From NCBI GenBank assembly GCA_033442325.1, contig JAWQFM010000013.1, positions 110,202-168,421 on the forward strand: DNA of 58,220 nucleotides, given 5' to 3'. Shown piece by piece: positions 22,081-46,520 of the stretch (position 1 is its first letter; each line of letters begins with the position of its first letter). The DNA comes from Salpingoeca rosetta. Taxonomy: Eukaryota; Protista; Choanoflagellata. The notes beneath the pieces were generated by a model that worked only from the letters and a program-made list of their open reading frames with translations, made no database searches and was not told the origin of the DNA. The position numbers were made by a program, and so were the translations under genes.

Positions 22081-22808
22081 TTGCATCGTGATGTGTGCGT
22101 GTATGTGTGTGCGTACGTGGGAGTAGATTTCAGCCGACGTGATGCTCGGTGTGTGTATGTGTGTGTGTGTGACTGGGTATGACTGTGTTTCTCTCTGCTT
22201 TATGCTCCTTGGCTCTCTTACTTTGTCGTTTGCGTGAGAACAATTCATCGAGGATTAACATCGTGATATGTTGCGAACATCGCAAGCAAGAGAAGGGGGG
22301 AAGAGGTCAAGAAAAGCACGCGCCACGCATCATCACACGTCATCAAGACAAACAATGTTTCCATCGCGCATCAGGCAGCAACCAGGTTGAAAGTCATGCA
22401 GACTTGTGTATGTACAATGAGCAGGTAAAGCAATCAATGTGCTTGGTTCCCCAACACGTCAGCTGATGAAGAAAACTACAAGACCACACATGCGACTGAC
22501 ATGAAACACAGAGGGGCCGAGTTAGCAAGGGACAACAGCGCGACAGGCGTGGATAAAAAGAACGTGATTCACACAACACAACAAGAACTACAACAGCAAC
22601 AAAGTGCTGTTGATAGCGGGCAAATGCCAAGGACTGCGGAAATAAGTCTGGTTTGCTCTTCTTTGAGTGTATGCAATGGGGGGGGGAGGGGAGGGGGCGA
22701 CAAGTTGTGGTGACGAAGTGCGGTCAGAGTTGATGTTCCTCTCTCTCTCGCTGGACGGGGAGCAGCAACAGTGCGCGCCACTTTGTGGTTTGGGATGGTG
22801 GGATCCGC

Positions 22809-23412
22809 TTACATGGCGTGGGGGAGATACATGTACTCTGAATAGCGCACACCGAGGGTACCACTGCAACCAGACAACATCAAGTGAGGACGTGCAGGCG
22901 AGAGGTGCGTGAATGTGCTTCTGGTGCTTGCTTGTGTGTCGGTATCTGCTGGTGAGAGTGGTAAAACAACAGCAAGTGACACAGCAATAACAACTGAAAG
23001 TCATGAAAGCAATAACTTCTTGCTTACCCCTTGGGCTTGTCCATGCTGCGCACGCTGTAAGTGTTTGGTCCAGGAGTGATGGACGTGCTGCCAACCCATC
23101 GCGTCGCGTTGGAGGAGCAGGTGTTGTGTGTTTATATGCATGTGTTAGAGAGTGTGTGCGTGTTCAAGTGCATGGCGGAAGAGAGCACTGGGTGACATCA
23201 AAATGGCTGGTCATGTGCAAGACAGCACAGACTGTGACATTAAGGGCGTAAACTCACGACTTGTCGGCGCGACGAGATGTCATCACGTATGTAGGGGCAC
23301 GACGCTTACGACTGAAAGGCCACAAACCACAGGTGTTGATGAGAAGAGACAGCAGACTTGGATAATTGCGCAAACAAAAACATAGGCACGACAGGACTCT
23401 TGTTCTCGCACA

Positions 23413-23485
<73 letters not shown>

Positions 23486-23692
23486 CGCCCTGCATCTCCC
23501 TCGTTCACCCTGGGTGCTGACCTGTCGAGGGTGACTGGGTTGTAGGTGCCTGGGGCAGGGGTTTTGGCGTGGTCGGTGTGGAAGCTGCCCGTTTTGAGGC
23601 GGCCGCTCATGGTGAAGCTGGCAGAGGACTGCTTGCTGGAGATGGGCCTGCAGGCACAGTGTGTGTATGTGTATGTGTACGCGCGCGCGTGT

Positions 23693-23723
<31 letters not shown>

Positions 23724-24150
23724 AGTGCAGGTGTGTGTGTGTGTGTGTGAGCATGAACATGTGCAGGTATGTGCAAGAATGCGTGAGCATATGCTCGCGT
23801 AAATGGGACATGGTGTTGATGAGGTGACACGAATTCGCGGATAATTTGCTGCACTGATACGGCCCACTCCCACATGAGTCTCAGCCGCAGGGGCAGGTGC
23901 AAAGAAAGAGCAGAATGCGGCATGAACAATGCACAACAGCGACCAACACTCAGCATGCATTCAACGTACGAGGTGCTCATGAGAGGAGGGAGCTTGTACG
24001 TGCCCGGGGCAGGGACTGCCATGTCCTTTGGCGAGCGGGGCCGCCCTCCCATGGAGAACGCTGTTTGAGCAGCAGGTGCATTCGTATGAGAGGCAGTGCA
24101 AGTGTCAGTGAAATAGAAAGAGAATGTGTGCGTGTCTGCGTGTGTGCGCG

Positions 24151-24212
<62 letters not shown>

Positions 24213-25147
24213 CTGTATGTGTGTGTCTTTGTGAACATGCCTGCCTTTGTGTGAGTGAGGAGAGATCAAGAACGCGTCAGGTCATCATATTGCAGTGCGG
24301 GGATTTCGACAAAGCAAACACCACACCTGGTGCGGTGCGGACGGTCGAGGCGCGATCCAGCGCTGTGGCCCTGTACTCCCCGGGGCCGGGTGTCTTGGGG
24401 GCCTTGAGCGGGGAGGCACGGCTGCCCAGGGAATAGGCAGGGGCGGTGGCCTGTATTCCGTGTGTGCCAGGCATGCAGGCACGTTGGTAAACGTGAAAGA
24501 ACGTACTTGAGTGGTGTGCTAGATGCGTGCGTGTGCGTGCGTGCATGTGTGTTTGTGTGTGCGTGTGTGTATATATGTGTGTATGTGTGTGTGTGTGTGC
24601 GTGTGTGATCTATGAGCACAACCACATCTCGTATCTGCAGGATCTACGTTCACCTACCCGGCCACGGCTTGTCAGCGCTTGATCAATCTTGTACACGGGA
24701 CCTGTATTGCACGCATCACAAGCATCCATGGATTGAGCCACACGCGTCATCTCCCCACATGCCCACAAGCCAATGCACAAGCAAATGCGCAGAATATTGC
24801 CACCACCACACCATGGAAGAAGGACACAGAAGGCACGCGCAATACGGCACATGCCACACTGCTTGTTTTCTCCTTGGCTCTCTTGTCTTGGAAGGCTCAC
24901 CGGGGCTTGCTTCTTTGGGTTTTGGGGAAGCGCGGGTGCCGAAAGAAAACGACGGGGCACTCCTGCGTTGTCGCGTTTGCAAACGAATGAGGTTGATTTT
25001 TCAAATGAGAGTGATGGGGATGATGTCGGTGAGGGTGGCAGCAGTGGTGATTGGTTTGTGCCAGTGAGGTGGCAGGTGAGGTGGCAGTGGTCAAAGTGAG
25101 CGTGCTCTGGAGAGACAACCAAGAGACAGGTGTGACGTGTGTTTGTT

Positions 25148-25203
<56 letters not shown>

Positions 25204-25563
25204 GTTGTGTGTGTGTGTGTGTGCGAATGATGCACAATTCCGCAACCCTGTTGCACATACTTGAGCCGTTTGTCGGTTGCACTGCCAAAGGCTGATGGCA
25301 GCGTGTACCTGAGACAAAACGAGCCAGACAGCGTGGGTGTGTGTTCGCGCGCGCAACAGAATGCAGGGTGAGTTGTGGCAGTGGTATTTGAGCAAGAGAA
25401 ACACAACGAATCAAAAGGCACCGGCAGTGCTGATGTGTTCTCATCTTCCAAGAACTCACCCGGCAGGGCCAGGGCCCTTGAATGCTGCGGCTGGTCCCAG
25501 CACCTTGGTCTGTGCTCCTGCGTCCACTGTCATGATGCGAGAGATCCTGTCGTGTATTGTCAT
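22809..25563 (-). CDS. ODF3: ODF3/CIMAP1-family SHIPPO (PGP-repeat) ciliary microtubule-associated protein, ~245-255 aa, 10 exons
   Basis: Minus-strand exons 25563(or 25533)-25460, 25308-25261, 24962-24901, 24701-24658, 24450-24327, 24060-23970, 23647-23522, 23311-23258, 23087-23028, 22863-22809 all join in phase with GT-AG. Repeats GPGPAGY, SPGPVY, TPGPGEY, VPAPGTY, TPAPGTY, TPGPNTY alternating with APSFSFG/APAYSLG/AFSMGGR; C-terminal LGVRYSEY as in ODF3 family. Confidence 0.88.
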
Positions 25564-26525
25564 GTCACCAGCATTCAGTTGTTCGACACCATGTGAAAGA
25601 CAAGGAAAGTTAGAGGGAAGGCGCAACAACAATGAGGCATGATGACGAGCAAGCACAGGCATCTGGGCCTGATGGTGTGCTGGTGTGGCGAGATGGAGCA
25701 AACAACAAGACACGACACGACACGACACGACACGACACCTCGATCGAAACGTCGAAAGCGCGCGTGGTCCTTGACAACGGAGGTGGAGAAGGCTGTCTGT
25801 GTGCAATCGCAAAAAGAACCACAGTTGGTGAGGAGAAACTGCTTTGGATACGTGGGCGAGGAAGCGAACTGAGGATGGACCCCGGGAGTGGCACAGAGAA
25901 GAAATGCTCGCAGGCAGCCGTGCATGCGAGATGTCCATGGCTGTGCCATACATGCAGGCCCGCTAAGAACAGCGCAACGCGCCAAGGAGACAAACCGTGG
26001 TCAATCAAGATGGCGCTGGAGGAAGGTGTTGCGGCAAAGTGGCGAGAATGTGCAACACGCTGGGGTAAACAAGCGGCAAAGACTGCAGAGTGGCGTTTGT
26101 TTTTTTCGTGAAGAGCGCACAATCTACATAGCAGCAGCGCGCGCGTCCTTTTTGGCGTGTCATCCACCAAAAGCCAAGCCGACCCGAGCCAAGCCAAGCC
26201 AAGCCGGACTTTGAGAACGGGGAATACGCTCAGCCCTGTCGCTGTGGCAAAAGTTACATGTTGGTAGGCAAATGAGCGTTTGCCAACCATTCCAAGACGA
26301 CATGAAAAACTGCCTTTGCTGGCAATGTGGGCGATTCGCGTAAATCTTACCTTATTTTTCGTGGAGGCACAAACACCCAAGATCAGACAAACGACAACTC
26401 CACCACCATCCATCCATCCATCCCTTCTTGTTTTTGGTTGCCGTCGTTGTTAGTGCTTGCTCGAGTGCTTGCTTGCCTGCCTGGCTGGCTGCGCTCTGCC
26501 GTCCTCGGACTTGCCCACAGCGCCA

Positions 26526-37591
<11,066 letters not shown>

Positions 37592-37833
37592 AGAAGAAGG
37601 GAGGCGCAACCTTGCCCCTCACATCATGTGTCTGTCTCATCGTTGTTTGTTGATTCGTTTGATTCCGCCACCCCCCCCCCCTCCCATGCTTCGTCGTTGT
37701 TAGCACGTATGGTTCGTGTTGTCTTGCTGCCCCCCCCCCCCGGCCTCCTCGCTCGACCCCACCCATTACAGTCGTTCTTCCTCCTCTGCCCTCTCAGTCA
37801 GCACACACAACACACACACACACACACGCACAC

Positions 37834-37893
<60 letters not shown>

Positions 37894-38360
37894 GCACTTG
37901 AAGCGGCTTCATACACAGCACCAATCACGTTTGCATCAGCAATGAATGGCAATGAGAAGAGCGTGTATTGCTTCGGCATGGGAGCAGTGACACACGGCAA
38001 CGCGCAACAACGCCCGCACATGAAAAGCAAAGCATGAAAACGCAAGGTGTAATAGAAGGACGGCTGCTCGCGCTAGACGAGAGGGCCCGGTGGAGCGTGC
38101 ACGTGCATGTGCACAACTCCGCGCAAGTTAGGCAACGACTATCATTAAAACAAGGAGGCGCAGGGGAGACAGGTCGTGCACGGGACATGCGCGAGAGAGC
38201 ACATGACTCACATCAACACCGTGAACCGAAACTGGGCTGCAAAGTGCAAAAGTGCCAAACAAACAAGAGTGCAAAGCAAATAAACAACGCCGGAAACGAG
38301 GATGGCAGCCAGAGCGCAACGCGATAGCTCAACCCATCAGGTAATCAGGCAATCAGGCAG

Positions 38361-39050
38361 TCAGGGGCAGCCTTGGTGGGTGTGGTCCTGCTCGTGCTTG
38401 CGTTCACGCGTCAACTTGGCCGTGGGTGGGGGTCCGCGTGACTTGGTGTGAGGTTGGCGATGGGAATTTCCCGGATCGCGAGGCGAGGACTCGAGAAGAG
38501 GGAAATGTGCTGAGTTTGGTCCCTTGCCATTGGCACGAAAGACCGCTCCCGGAAAGCGCACTTGATGGTGGTGATGTGCTCCATCATGATCGCCTCCATT
38601 AAGCCGCTCATGTTGCCCCGGATCGCGCGAGCAAGATGCAGGGGCGACCGACCGTGGCCCGTGAGAGCGGGTGCGCTTCTGGTGGCCACGCACTCCCGTT
38701 GTGCGACGCGGTTGATGAGAGCGAGCATGCGCGGAGGGGAGGGCGACGCACATCCGATGTGCCAATTCCTCTTCCACGTTTGCCTGGAAGACAGGCTCGT
38801 GTTGACTAAAGAAGTGGTTCCAGCCGTGCTGCCCAGCCGGCGATGACAGCGAGTCCTCGCCCATGCTAGCCGGTCGGGCAAGCGTGGCAAACATGGGATG
38901 GTGAAATGGCAGCGCCGGAGGCTCGTCTGACGCGTCAGTGTGCATCATGGAGGGCTGCAAAATGGCGGTGGGCAGCGCGTGTTGTGGAACGGACGTTTCG
39001 AGCTCGTTGCTCTCTGCGCGCTCGTCGATGATGAGGTTGTGGTGGGCCAT
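38361..39050 (-). CDS. Hypothetical protein, probably spliced
   Basis: Microsatellite-free GC-rich stretch; ORF from MAHHNLIIDERAESNELE (~39050). A candidate GT-AG intron 38751-38679 (at|gtgcgt ... ccaccag|a) switches into the more protein-like frame SAPALTGHGRSPLHLARAIRGNMSGLMEAIMMEHITTIK. 3' end uncertain; no recognisable domain. Confidence 0.4.
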   Translation of the reverse strand: MAHHNLIIDERAESNELETSVPQHALPTAILQPSMMHTDASDEPPALPFHHPMFATLARPASMGEDSLSSPAGQHGWNHFFSQHEPVFQANVEEELAHRMCVALPSAHARSHQPRRTTGVRGHQKRTRSHGPRSVAPASCSRDPGQHERLNGGDHDGAHHHHQVRFPGAVFRANGKGPNSAHFPLLESSPRDPGNSHRQPHTKSRGPPPTAKLTRERKHEQDHTHQGCP

Positions 39051-39414
39051 CTTGCACGTTGAAAGCCACTGGCGTTGAAGAGAGGGGGGGGATTGGGTGA
39101 CGGTGTGGGTTTGGGGAGGAGGGGACGTCTGTCCGTGGGAAGGAGGCAGTGCTGAATGAGTGGGTGGTTGTTGGTCGACGCAGCAAACAGACAGGGTCGG
39201 ATATGGTTCGTCGAGTCTTCTTCGTTGAGAATGAAATGCAGCACCCAACACACAAAGGAGGAAATTTATCCAACGATCCTTTGCAATTTTCTCCCAAGGC
39301 AGATTTGATTTTGGGGTGGCGCAAGGAAGGTTTGCCTTTGAATTGGTGAGAGAGAGTGTGTGTTTGTCTGCCTGCCTGTGTGTGTGTGTGTGTGTGCCTG
39401 CCTGTCTGTCTGTG

Positions 39415-39445
<31 letters not shown>

Positions 39446-39731
39446 ATGTCTGTCTGTCTGTCTGTATGTCTGTATGTCTGTCTGTTAAAGTGCAACTTTA
39501 CACGCATGGTCATCTCTGTTGCCACTGAGTTCGCAAGGCTGAGTGCAGTAGTGAGCACACATAGATGGAATAAATCAGAAGCCAAGTGGCTTACAGCCTT
39601 TCATCATAAGACCCAAATAGCTGAAATATGCATGTAGTTAGTTACATCAAAGACACCACACACACACACACACACCGCACGCCCTCTAAATACGCCCTCT
39701 CCGCTTGACACGATGATACCACATGCTCGCG

Positions 39732-41188
39732 CTATAAGTTCGTGTCGATTCCGCCCAAGAGGGTGCGCAGCTGTGCAAAGTCGATGGAGCCCGGGACAGT
39801 CGCACTTGGTTGGCGGGGCTGCACCGGCTCAGGCACGGTCACCACAGGCGGTGCGCTCACCGCTCCTGACGTTGGTGTTGCTGTCACATCTGGCGGAGTT
39901 GCAGCAACAGAAGAATTGTTCATGGTGTGGTTGCCATTGTCGGTGGTGGTGTTGCTGGTGGTGTTGCTGGTAGCGGTGGTGTTGTTGCTGGTGGTGTTGC
40001 TGGTAGCGGTGGTGTTGTTGTTGGTGGTGGGATTGTTGTTGGTGGTGGTGCTGTCGGTGGTGCTGCCGTTGCCATTGTTGTTGTTGCTGTTATCATTACC
40101 GTTGCCGTTGTCGAAGTTGGTGCTGTCGGCGGTGACACTGACATCGTCCGTGGTACTGGACATCTCAGGCAGCGAGTCATTGTTGGTGGCCAGCAGGTGC
40201 GTCAACACCGGCTGCAGTGGCGTGCCGTGCGGCTCCGCGACCCGCGATTGCGATTGGGGTAGCGCAACAGGGCCAGCCAGCTGCTGCTGCTGTTGTTCTT
40301 GCGACGATGTTGGTGGTCCTGGTATTGCTGACAGCTCCTGCGACTGCTGCTGCTGCTGCTGCGGCCCATCGTCGCTGCCCATGCGCAGGGCTGATGCAAG
40401 CTGGTCCATCCACCCGTCAGTCAGCGTGAGCCCAGATGCTGCAGGCGCGCGTGCCGCTGATGGCGCACTCGTCTGCTGTGACATGGAGTATGGCTGCGGC
40501 AATGAATATTGCTGTGGCTGTGCAGGCCGCGATTGCGTCTGTGCCGGTGGCGGTTGCTGCTGTTGCTGCCTTTGCCCTTGCTGGTACGGTTGCTGGCAGG
40601 GCTGAGTGAGGTGGAGGTGTGGTGGTGCTGATGCTCGCATATGTCCGGCCCCAACTTGCGCTTGTGCGCATCTATTGCCCTGCTCTGTCGGCTGCTGCTG
40701 CTGCTGCTGCAGGCGCTGCTGCTGTGCTTGCGGCTGCTGCCCTGACAAGCAAGGTCCATCCTGCAGTTGCGAGTGCCACTGCGATCCTCGTTGGGACGGT
40801 GCTTGCGTTTGCAGCCCACTCGATTGCATCGGGGATGATGCTGACAAACGGATCAGCGGGAACGTGGCCAGCAGTTTTGACGCAAGCTCCGCATCCCCCA
40901 TCATGCCCCTCCCGCCTCCATATTCGCTTGCGCCCTGCCGCCACTGCTGCTGGTGGCCGTGCTGGCGTTCGGGGGAAGGGTGTACCGGTACATACGTGCC
41001 ATGATGTGTCACGCTCGGAGATTGTGCATCCCCCCATTGCTGCTGCGGCTGTTGCTGTTGCTCAAAGTGCGGTTTGGGTGGCAGCGACAGTTGGGTGTAC
41101 ATCGGCGCACGCAACTGCCCTGGCTGACTGTGAGATGCGCGTCCGTGCGCTGCCAAGTACGGATGCATCACCAGCGCGGGCACATTGC

Positions 41189-41220
<32 letters not shown>

Positions 41221-42081
41221 GGTTGTTGGTGCTCGAGGTGTTGCTGCTGTTGGTGCTCGAGGTGTTGCTGTACATTATGGTAACCACCCACACCATTCGC
41301 ACCGCCCACATCCTGCGCTGTTGGCACCGGTGCTGGTATCGGCGGGATGGCGGCTGCGCTGTGCTGCTGCGATGATACGATGCTCAGGGGATGGTACTGG
41401 CCAACGCCCCAAATGCCACCCTGAACGCCCTGAACGCCCTGGACACGTAGGCGGGGCTGCTCGACATGCAGAGGTGGCGGCGCGGACACGGAAACAGCGC
41501 CCGATGCGGTGGCGTGAGCAGGGAGTGTCGTGTACAGCCCTTGCGGCTTCTGTTGCTGTTGCTGCTGGGCATGAGGGAAGGGCGGTGGCACTGCTGTGTT
41601 GCTGCTAACAGCGGCCGACGACTGAGAAGCGGGTGGAGGCGATGGCTGTGATGACGACACACCATCGCTCTCGCCAGCGCTGTCGATTGTGAGCCCTTGT
41701 TGCCGCAACATCTCCAACATCCTGCTCATGTCGGCAGACGCCGTCAACGGCACCAGATCTTGCTGGTCGTGCTGATCGTGCTGGTGGGATGACGGTGGTG
41801 GCACTGGTCTTTGCTGGGCCAGCTGTTGATGGGCCTGGTGCACCGGTTGCTGGTAGCCGCGCGTCGAAGGCGCATCACACAGCGGCTGGCTCGCACCCAC
41901 ATGCTGCGGTTGCTGAGGTTGTTGCTGATACGGTGGTTGCTGTTGCTGTGGTTGCTGACTGGTCAGCCCAGCACCGCCGCCGTACCGCGGCTTCTTCTCC
42001 TGCACCCTGCCCATGCCGCCGCCGCCTGTGCCGGCTTGAACGCTTTCGCGTGGATCCACCTCCCCAATCGCACCTTGCTGG

Positions 42082-42116
<35 letters not shown>

Positions 42117-42117
42117 G

Positions 42118-42215
<98 letters not shown>

Positions 42216-44315
42216 TTGCTGTTGCTGCTGCCTTTGTGCTGGTGGGCGCGCAACCCGTTTGAACGTGCTCATGGTGCCTCCCTGCTCCATGCTGATGATC
42301 ATGGACGAGAGCTCGTGCACAAGATCATCAAACGTGGGCCGGTCCCCTGGGTCATCCTGCCAGCACTCCAGCATCACCGCATACATCTCGTCAGGGCACA
42401 GCGGCGGCTGCGGCAGGCGGTACCCTGAAGAGACCGCCTCCACAACAGCGTCGTTCGACATGCTGCTGTACGGCTTCTCAGAGGCACTGCGCGGGGTGAC
42501 CGATGCGTGATGCAGCGACGTGGACATGCGGCGGTGCCGTGGTCACGCGTGAGTTGTGGAGGACTCCATAGCAGCAACCAGGCAGTGGGCAAGCAGAAAG
42601 TAAAGCGTACACTGCCAACACCACCGCAAGAGTGTGCACACACAAACACACATGCACACAAGCACAAGCACAAGCACACACAAACACACGCGCACACGCA
42701 CACACGCACACACACGCATACATTTACAGATCCGCGCACACATGCGCACGCACTTGGTCGTTGTTTCGAAGAGAACAACTCCAAAGCTCCACACGTCACT
42801 TGCACTCGAAAACTATGGACACGCAGGCAAAATGAAGAAGCAATGCGGTCATGTGTGTGAACTTGCAACGCTTGAGAACACCCCCACCCCCACCATCAAC
42901 AACAACAACGACAACGATGACGACGACAGCGACAACAGCGACAACAGCGACAACGGGAATAATCATGTTCAGGAACAGAAGATATTACATAGTTGGGGTA
43001 GTGAAACAACCACGACCACCATCACCAGCATCACCATGACAATAAGCACTGGCATCTTCAACAACGTCGTCGTACCCGCTCGAGGTTGAGGACTTCGGGC
43101 GCCGTCCAGCGCACAGGAATGAGCTTCTCCTGGTGCATCTCGTAGTACTGGTGGTCCTTGAACAGCCCGAAATCAGACACTTTGCACGTGAGATTGGATG
43201 TGACCAGCACGTTGCGCGCAGCGAGGTCCATGTGCAAGCCGCCAGCATCGGAGACGGCACGCATCCCTGTTCGTGGCGAGAAAATGTTCAAGGGGAGAGG
43301 GGTTTGGGTGATGAGCTGAAAAGGTAGCGACTGACCAGCAAGGCTGATAGTGCACGCGCACGCATGCAAACAGGCAACACGCATTGAGGCCACACATGCT
43401 CAAACGCATTCAACCACACACTCGCGTACGCACCCAAACCACACACTCAGCTCACTCTCGCTCAACAAACCACACTCAAACACACGCAACAACCACGCAC
43501 CTGTTGCGACGTCGCGCATCATCCTGAGCTTGATGAGCCAGGAGAGCGGCTTGTCGCGCATGGTCTGGCGCTGCAGGAACGAGTCGAGCGCTCCATTCTC
43601 GCAGTACTCCAGCACCAGCAGCATGGGCTGGTCACCAGTCGTCACAACGCCAAGCAGCTGCACAATGTTCTCACAATGGCGGAACTGGGCCAGGGACACG
43701 GCCTCATACCGCAGACTGCTCTCATCACGCGACCCGTCGAGCGAGGGCGTCACCATCTTCACGGCAACGGGGACCGCCGCCGGCCGCGCACACGTGCAGC
43801 TGCACATCCGCGGCAGCCAGCAACACCGCCAACAGCAATGCACATCATCACCGTCTTCTCCGCTGTTGCCTCCACCGTCATGCGCATGTGCCTGTCTCCG
43901 TGGCTGCTGGCGAAGCCCGTCATGGCCTCCGTCCCCACCAGTGCTGCGTGACTCCCATGTCCCGCTCACGCTGCGCACCAGACTCGGCCGGCCCCGCGTG
44001 CTGCTGTGCGGCGCCGCACCATGCGCTGTGTTCCCGTCGCTGCCACTGGCGATGCTCTTCCACCGCGGCCGGGAGGGGGTGTGGGCTGTGCTGCTCGTCG
44101 TAGCCGTGGCAGTTGTGGCAGTGTCTGTCCTGCTCATGCGATCGCTCCCAACGCCACCACCACTACCACCATCAGCACTGCTGCTGCGTCTTGTGCCTTG
44201 CCGCACCCCGTCGCTGGATACCATGGCTGTTCCTGCTGCTGCTGCTGCTGCTGCAGAATGCCTGCTGCGCCATCCGCTGCCGTCGCTCTGTGCGCGCCAT
44301 CGCCCGCCTCCCCTT

Positions 44316-44362
<47 letters not shown>

Positions 44363-46437
44363 TCGGTGCCAGTGTAGCAGGCGCCGTGGCGGACTGTATG
44401 TCCCCTTCCACACCTGCGAGAAGAATCCCTCCCCGAGTTTCCTCTCCAGCTGCACGCGGCGCCGGCTGAGCTCCGTCGGCTGCACGCCGCGCCGAAACAG
44501 CTGCATGTCCTCCAGCTCAGCCCGGAAATCGTGTCGGGCACGTTTCTTCTTGGTCGTGCGCCGGTGCACAAACACGCCCGTGGCGACGAGGATGATCACG
44601 GCAATGACCAACGCGCTCACGTACACCGCCGCCAGGTCGTCCTGGCCAAACCCGCTGCCGCCGCTACTGCCCCCACCTCCATCGCCATCATCGTCCGTGG
44701 GGGAGGGGAGCGTGTCTGGCACGGCGCACTTGTCCTGCGTCGGGGCGCGGGCCTTCGCCTGTGGGCCGATAGTGAACAGGGCATCCTTTGTGCTGTTGCT
44801 GAGTGGCCAGAGGGCTCCGTCAATGTACAGCGAGGGGATGATGCCCGAGGTGCTGTCCTGGTTCTCATCAAATCCAATCTCCAGGTCGGAAATGCCCGGC
44901 AGCGGGTTGATTGGCGTGAAGGCTCGCAGGCCCTCAATGAGCTGCCGGTGCCGCGTCTTCTGGTCAAACGCAAACCCGTACGTGTACTGCTTGGCGTTGA
45001 AGGCGTGGATGTAGGCGTTGTATGCGTCAACATACTGCAGCAAAGCGACGCGCGAACCGTGTGCGGTGTGGTCTGTGGACGAGTTGAAGGTGGCAAACGC
45101 CTTGCCAACATCAGTGGCGTAGGTGCGGTCCTGCACGAGGAGGGTGATAAGGATGCCGTCGAGGGCGCTGAAGACGGGTGGGGTGATGGCTGGGTGGTTG
45201 ACGCGGAAGTAGGTGGTGAGCCAGACCCAGGGTGGCTGCAGCATGCCGCGCGCATGCGCTTCTTCGAAGATGGCAGGCATGTCCGGGACAAACCTGGTGG
45301 ATGGGGTGGTTGATCGGGTGGGAGGCACAGACGACGAGAACAAGCGAGGCCAAGGCAGAAGGAGAGCAAAGGTAGTCGTGAGTTCGAGTGGAGTGAGGAG
45401 GCAGGAGGGCGGAGGAGGAGGCAGGAGGCGGGAGGAGGCAGCAAAACAGCGACACTCAACAAACAGTGAGGCGTTGGCGGACGGGTTCAGCAAGCCACGC
45501 AGCAGCACCACGAATGCGCATTTGCACAACAGGACACACCCTGCATGAATTACTAACACCGATTTCCAAACCCCTTTCCACAACACCGCACGCACCCTGC
45601 CAGGTAGATGGTTGGCGCGCCTGCTTCGACAATCTTGTCGACAATTTCGGCAATGGAGGAAGCGTTGCGTACGGGGTAGCGCAGCGGCACCTGCATCCCG
45701 AGCGAGCGCGCGGCAGAGAAGAAGGTCGTGGCAATCTCCAGGCTCGCCGGGAAGTTGTCGTGGAGCACGGTGACGCACTTGAGGTCAAGCTGCTGTGCGA
45801 CGCGCGCCATGATGGATGCCTGCAGCGTGGAGGTGGTGCCGATGCGGAAGGTGGTCGGGTATGCCTTCTTGTCGGAGATCACGGCAACTGGGATAGTGTT
45901 GGTGATCATGGGCACGCCGTCACGCGCGGCAACGCGGCCAAAGGGGACGGTGCAGGGCGACGAGTCGACCACCAGGTCCGGCAGCGTGGGCTGGGGGCCG
46001 TACATGGAGCGCCCGCAGTCGCCGTCGCCACCGTCCACGCTGCGGATGGTGACGGCAATCTGGGGGAAGCGCAGGGCAAAGAACTCGCGGGCAGCCGGCA
46101 TGAAGTCGTCGACGGGGTAGAAGCTGGCGCGCGAGACGGGGTCCGTTCTGCCAGCGGTCGTGGTGATAGTTGTAGTGGTGGTGGTGGGTGATTAACTTAC
46201 GAGTAACGGCACCTCATGCAGGCAAAGGTAAGTGAGACAAAAAGAAAAAGTGCAGCTGCTGCGCACTGAATGAGCTGGTGGGGCACCTGTCGAAGGAGAC
46301 GACAATGTCAGACGTGAGCGGGGATTTGGCAAAGGGAAACAGTGACGGGTCGCTCGCTTGCAGCAGCAGCACGGGCGTTGCGGACGAGCCCATGTCCTCA
46401 TTGTAGTACACCAAGCCCGAGTCGCTCTGCCAATGCA

Positions 46438-46520
<83 letters not shown>

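Noticed and set aside
25600-26500. Possible extra gene between ODF3 and AP3D1
   Set aside because: Short ORFs without motifs or consistent splice phases; better explained as UTR/promoter.
39742-42428. Plus-strand ORFs with long hydrophobic or poly-L/V/A stretches resembling membrane proteins
   Set aside because: Antisense shadows of the Q/N/T-rich RTK tail.
43350-45313. 554-aa and 260-aa plus-strand ORFs
   Set aside because: Antisense to the RTK kinase/TM exon; no independent motifs.
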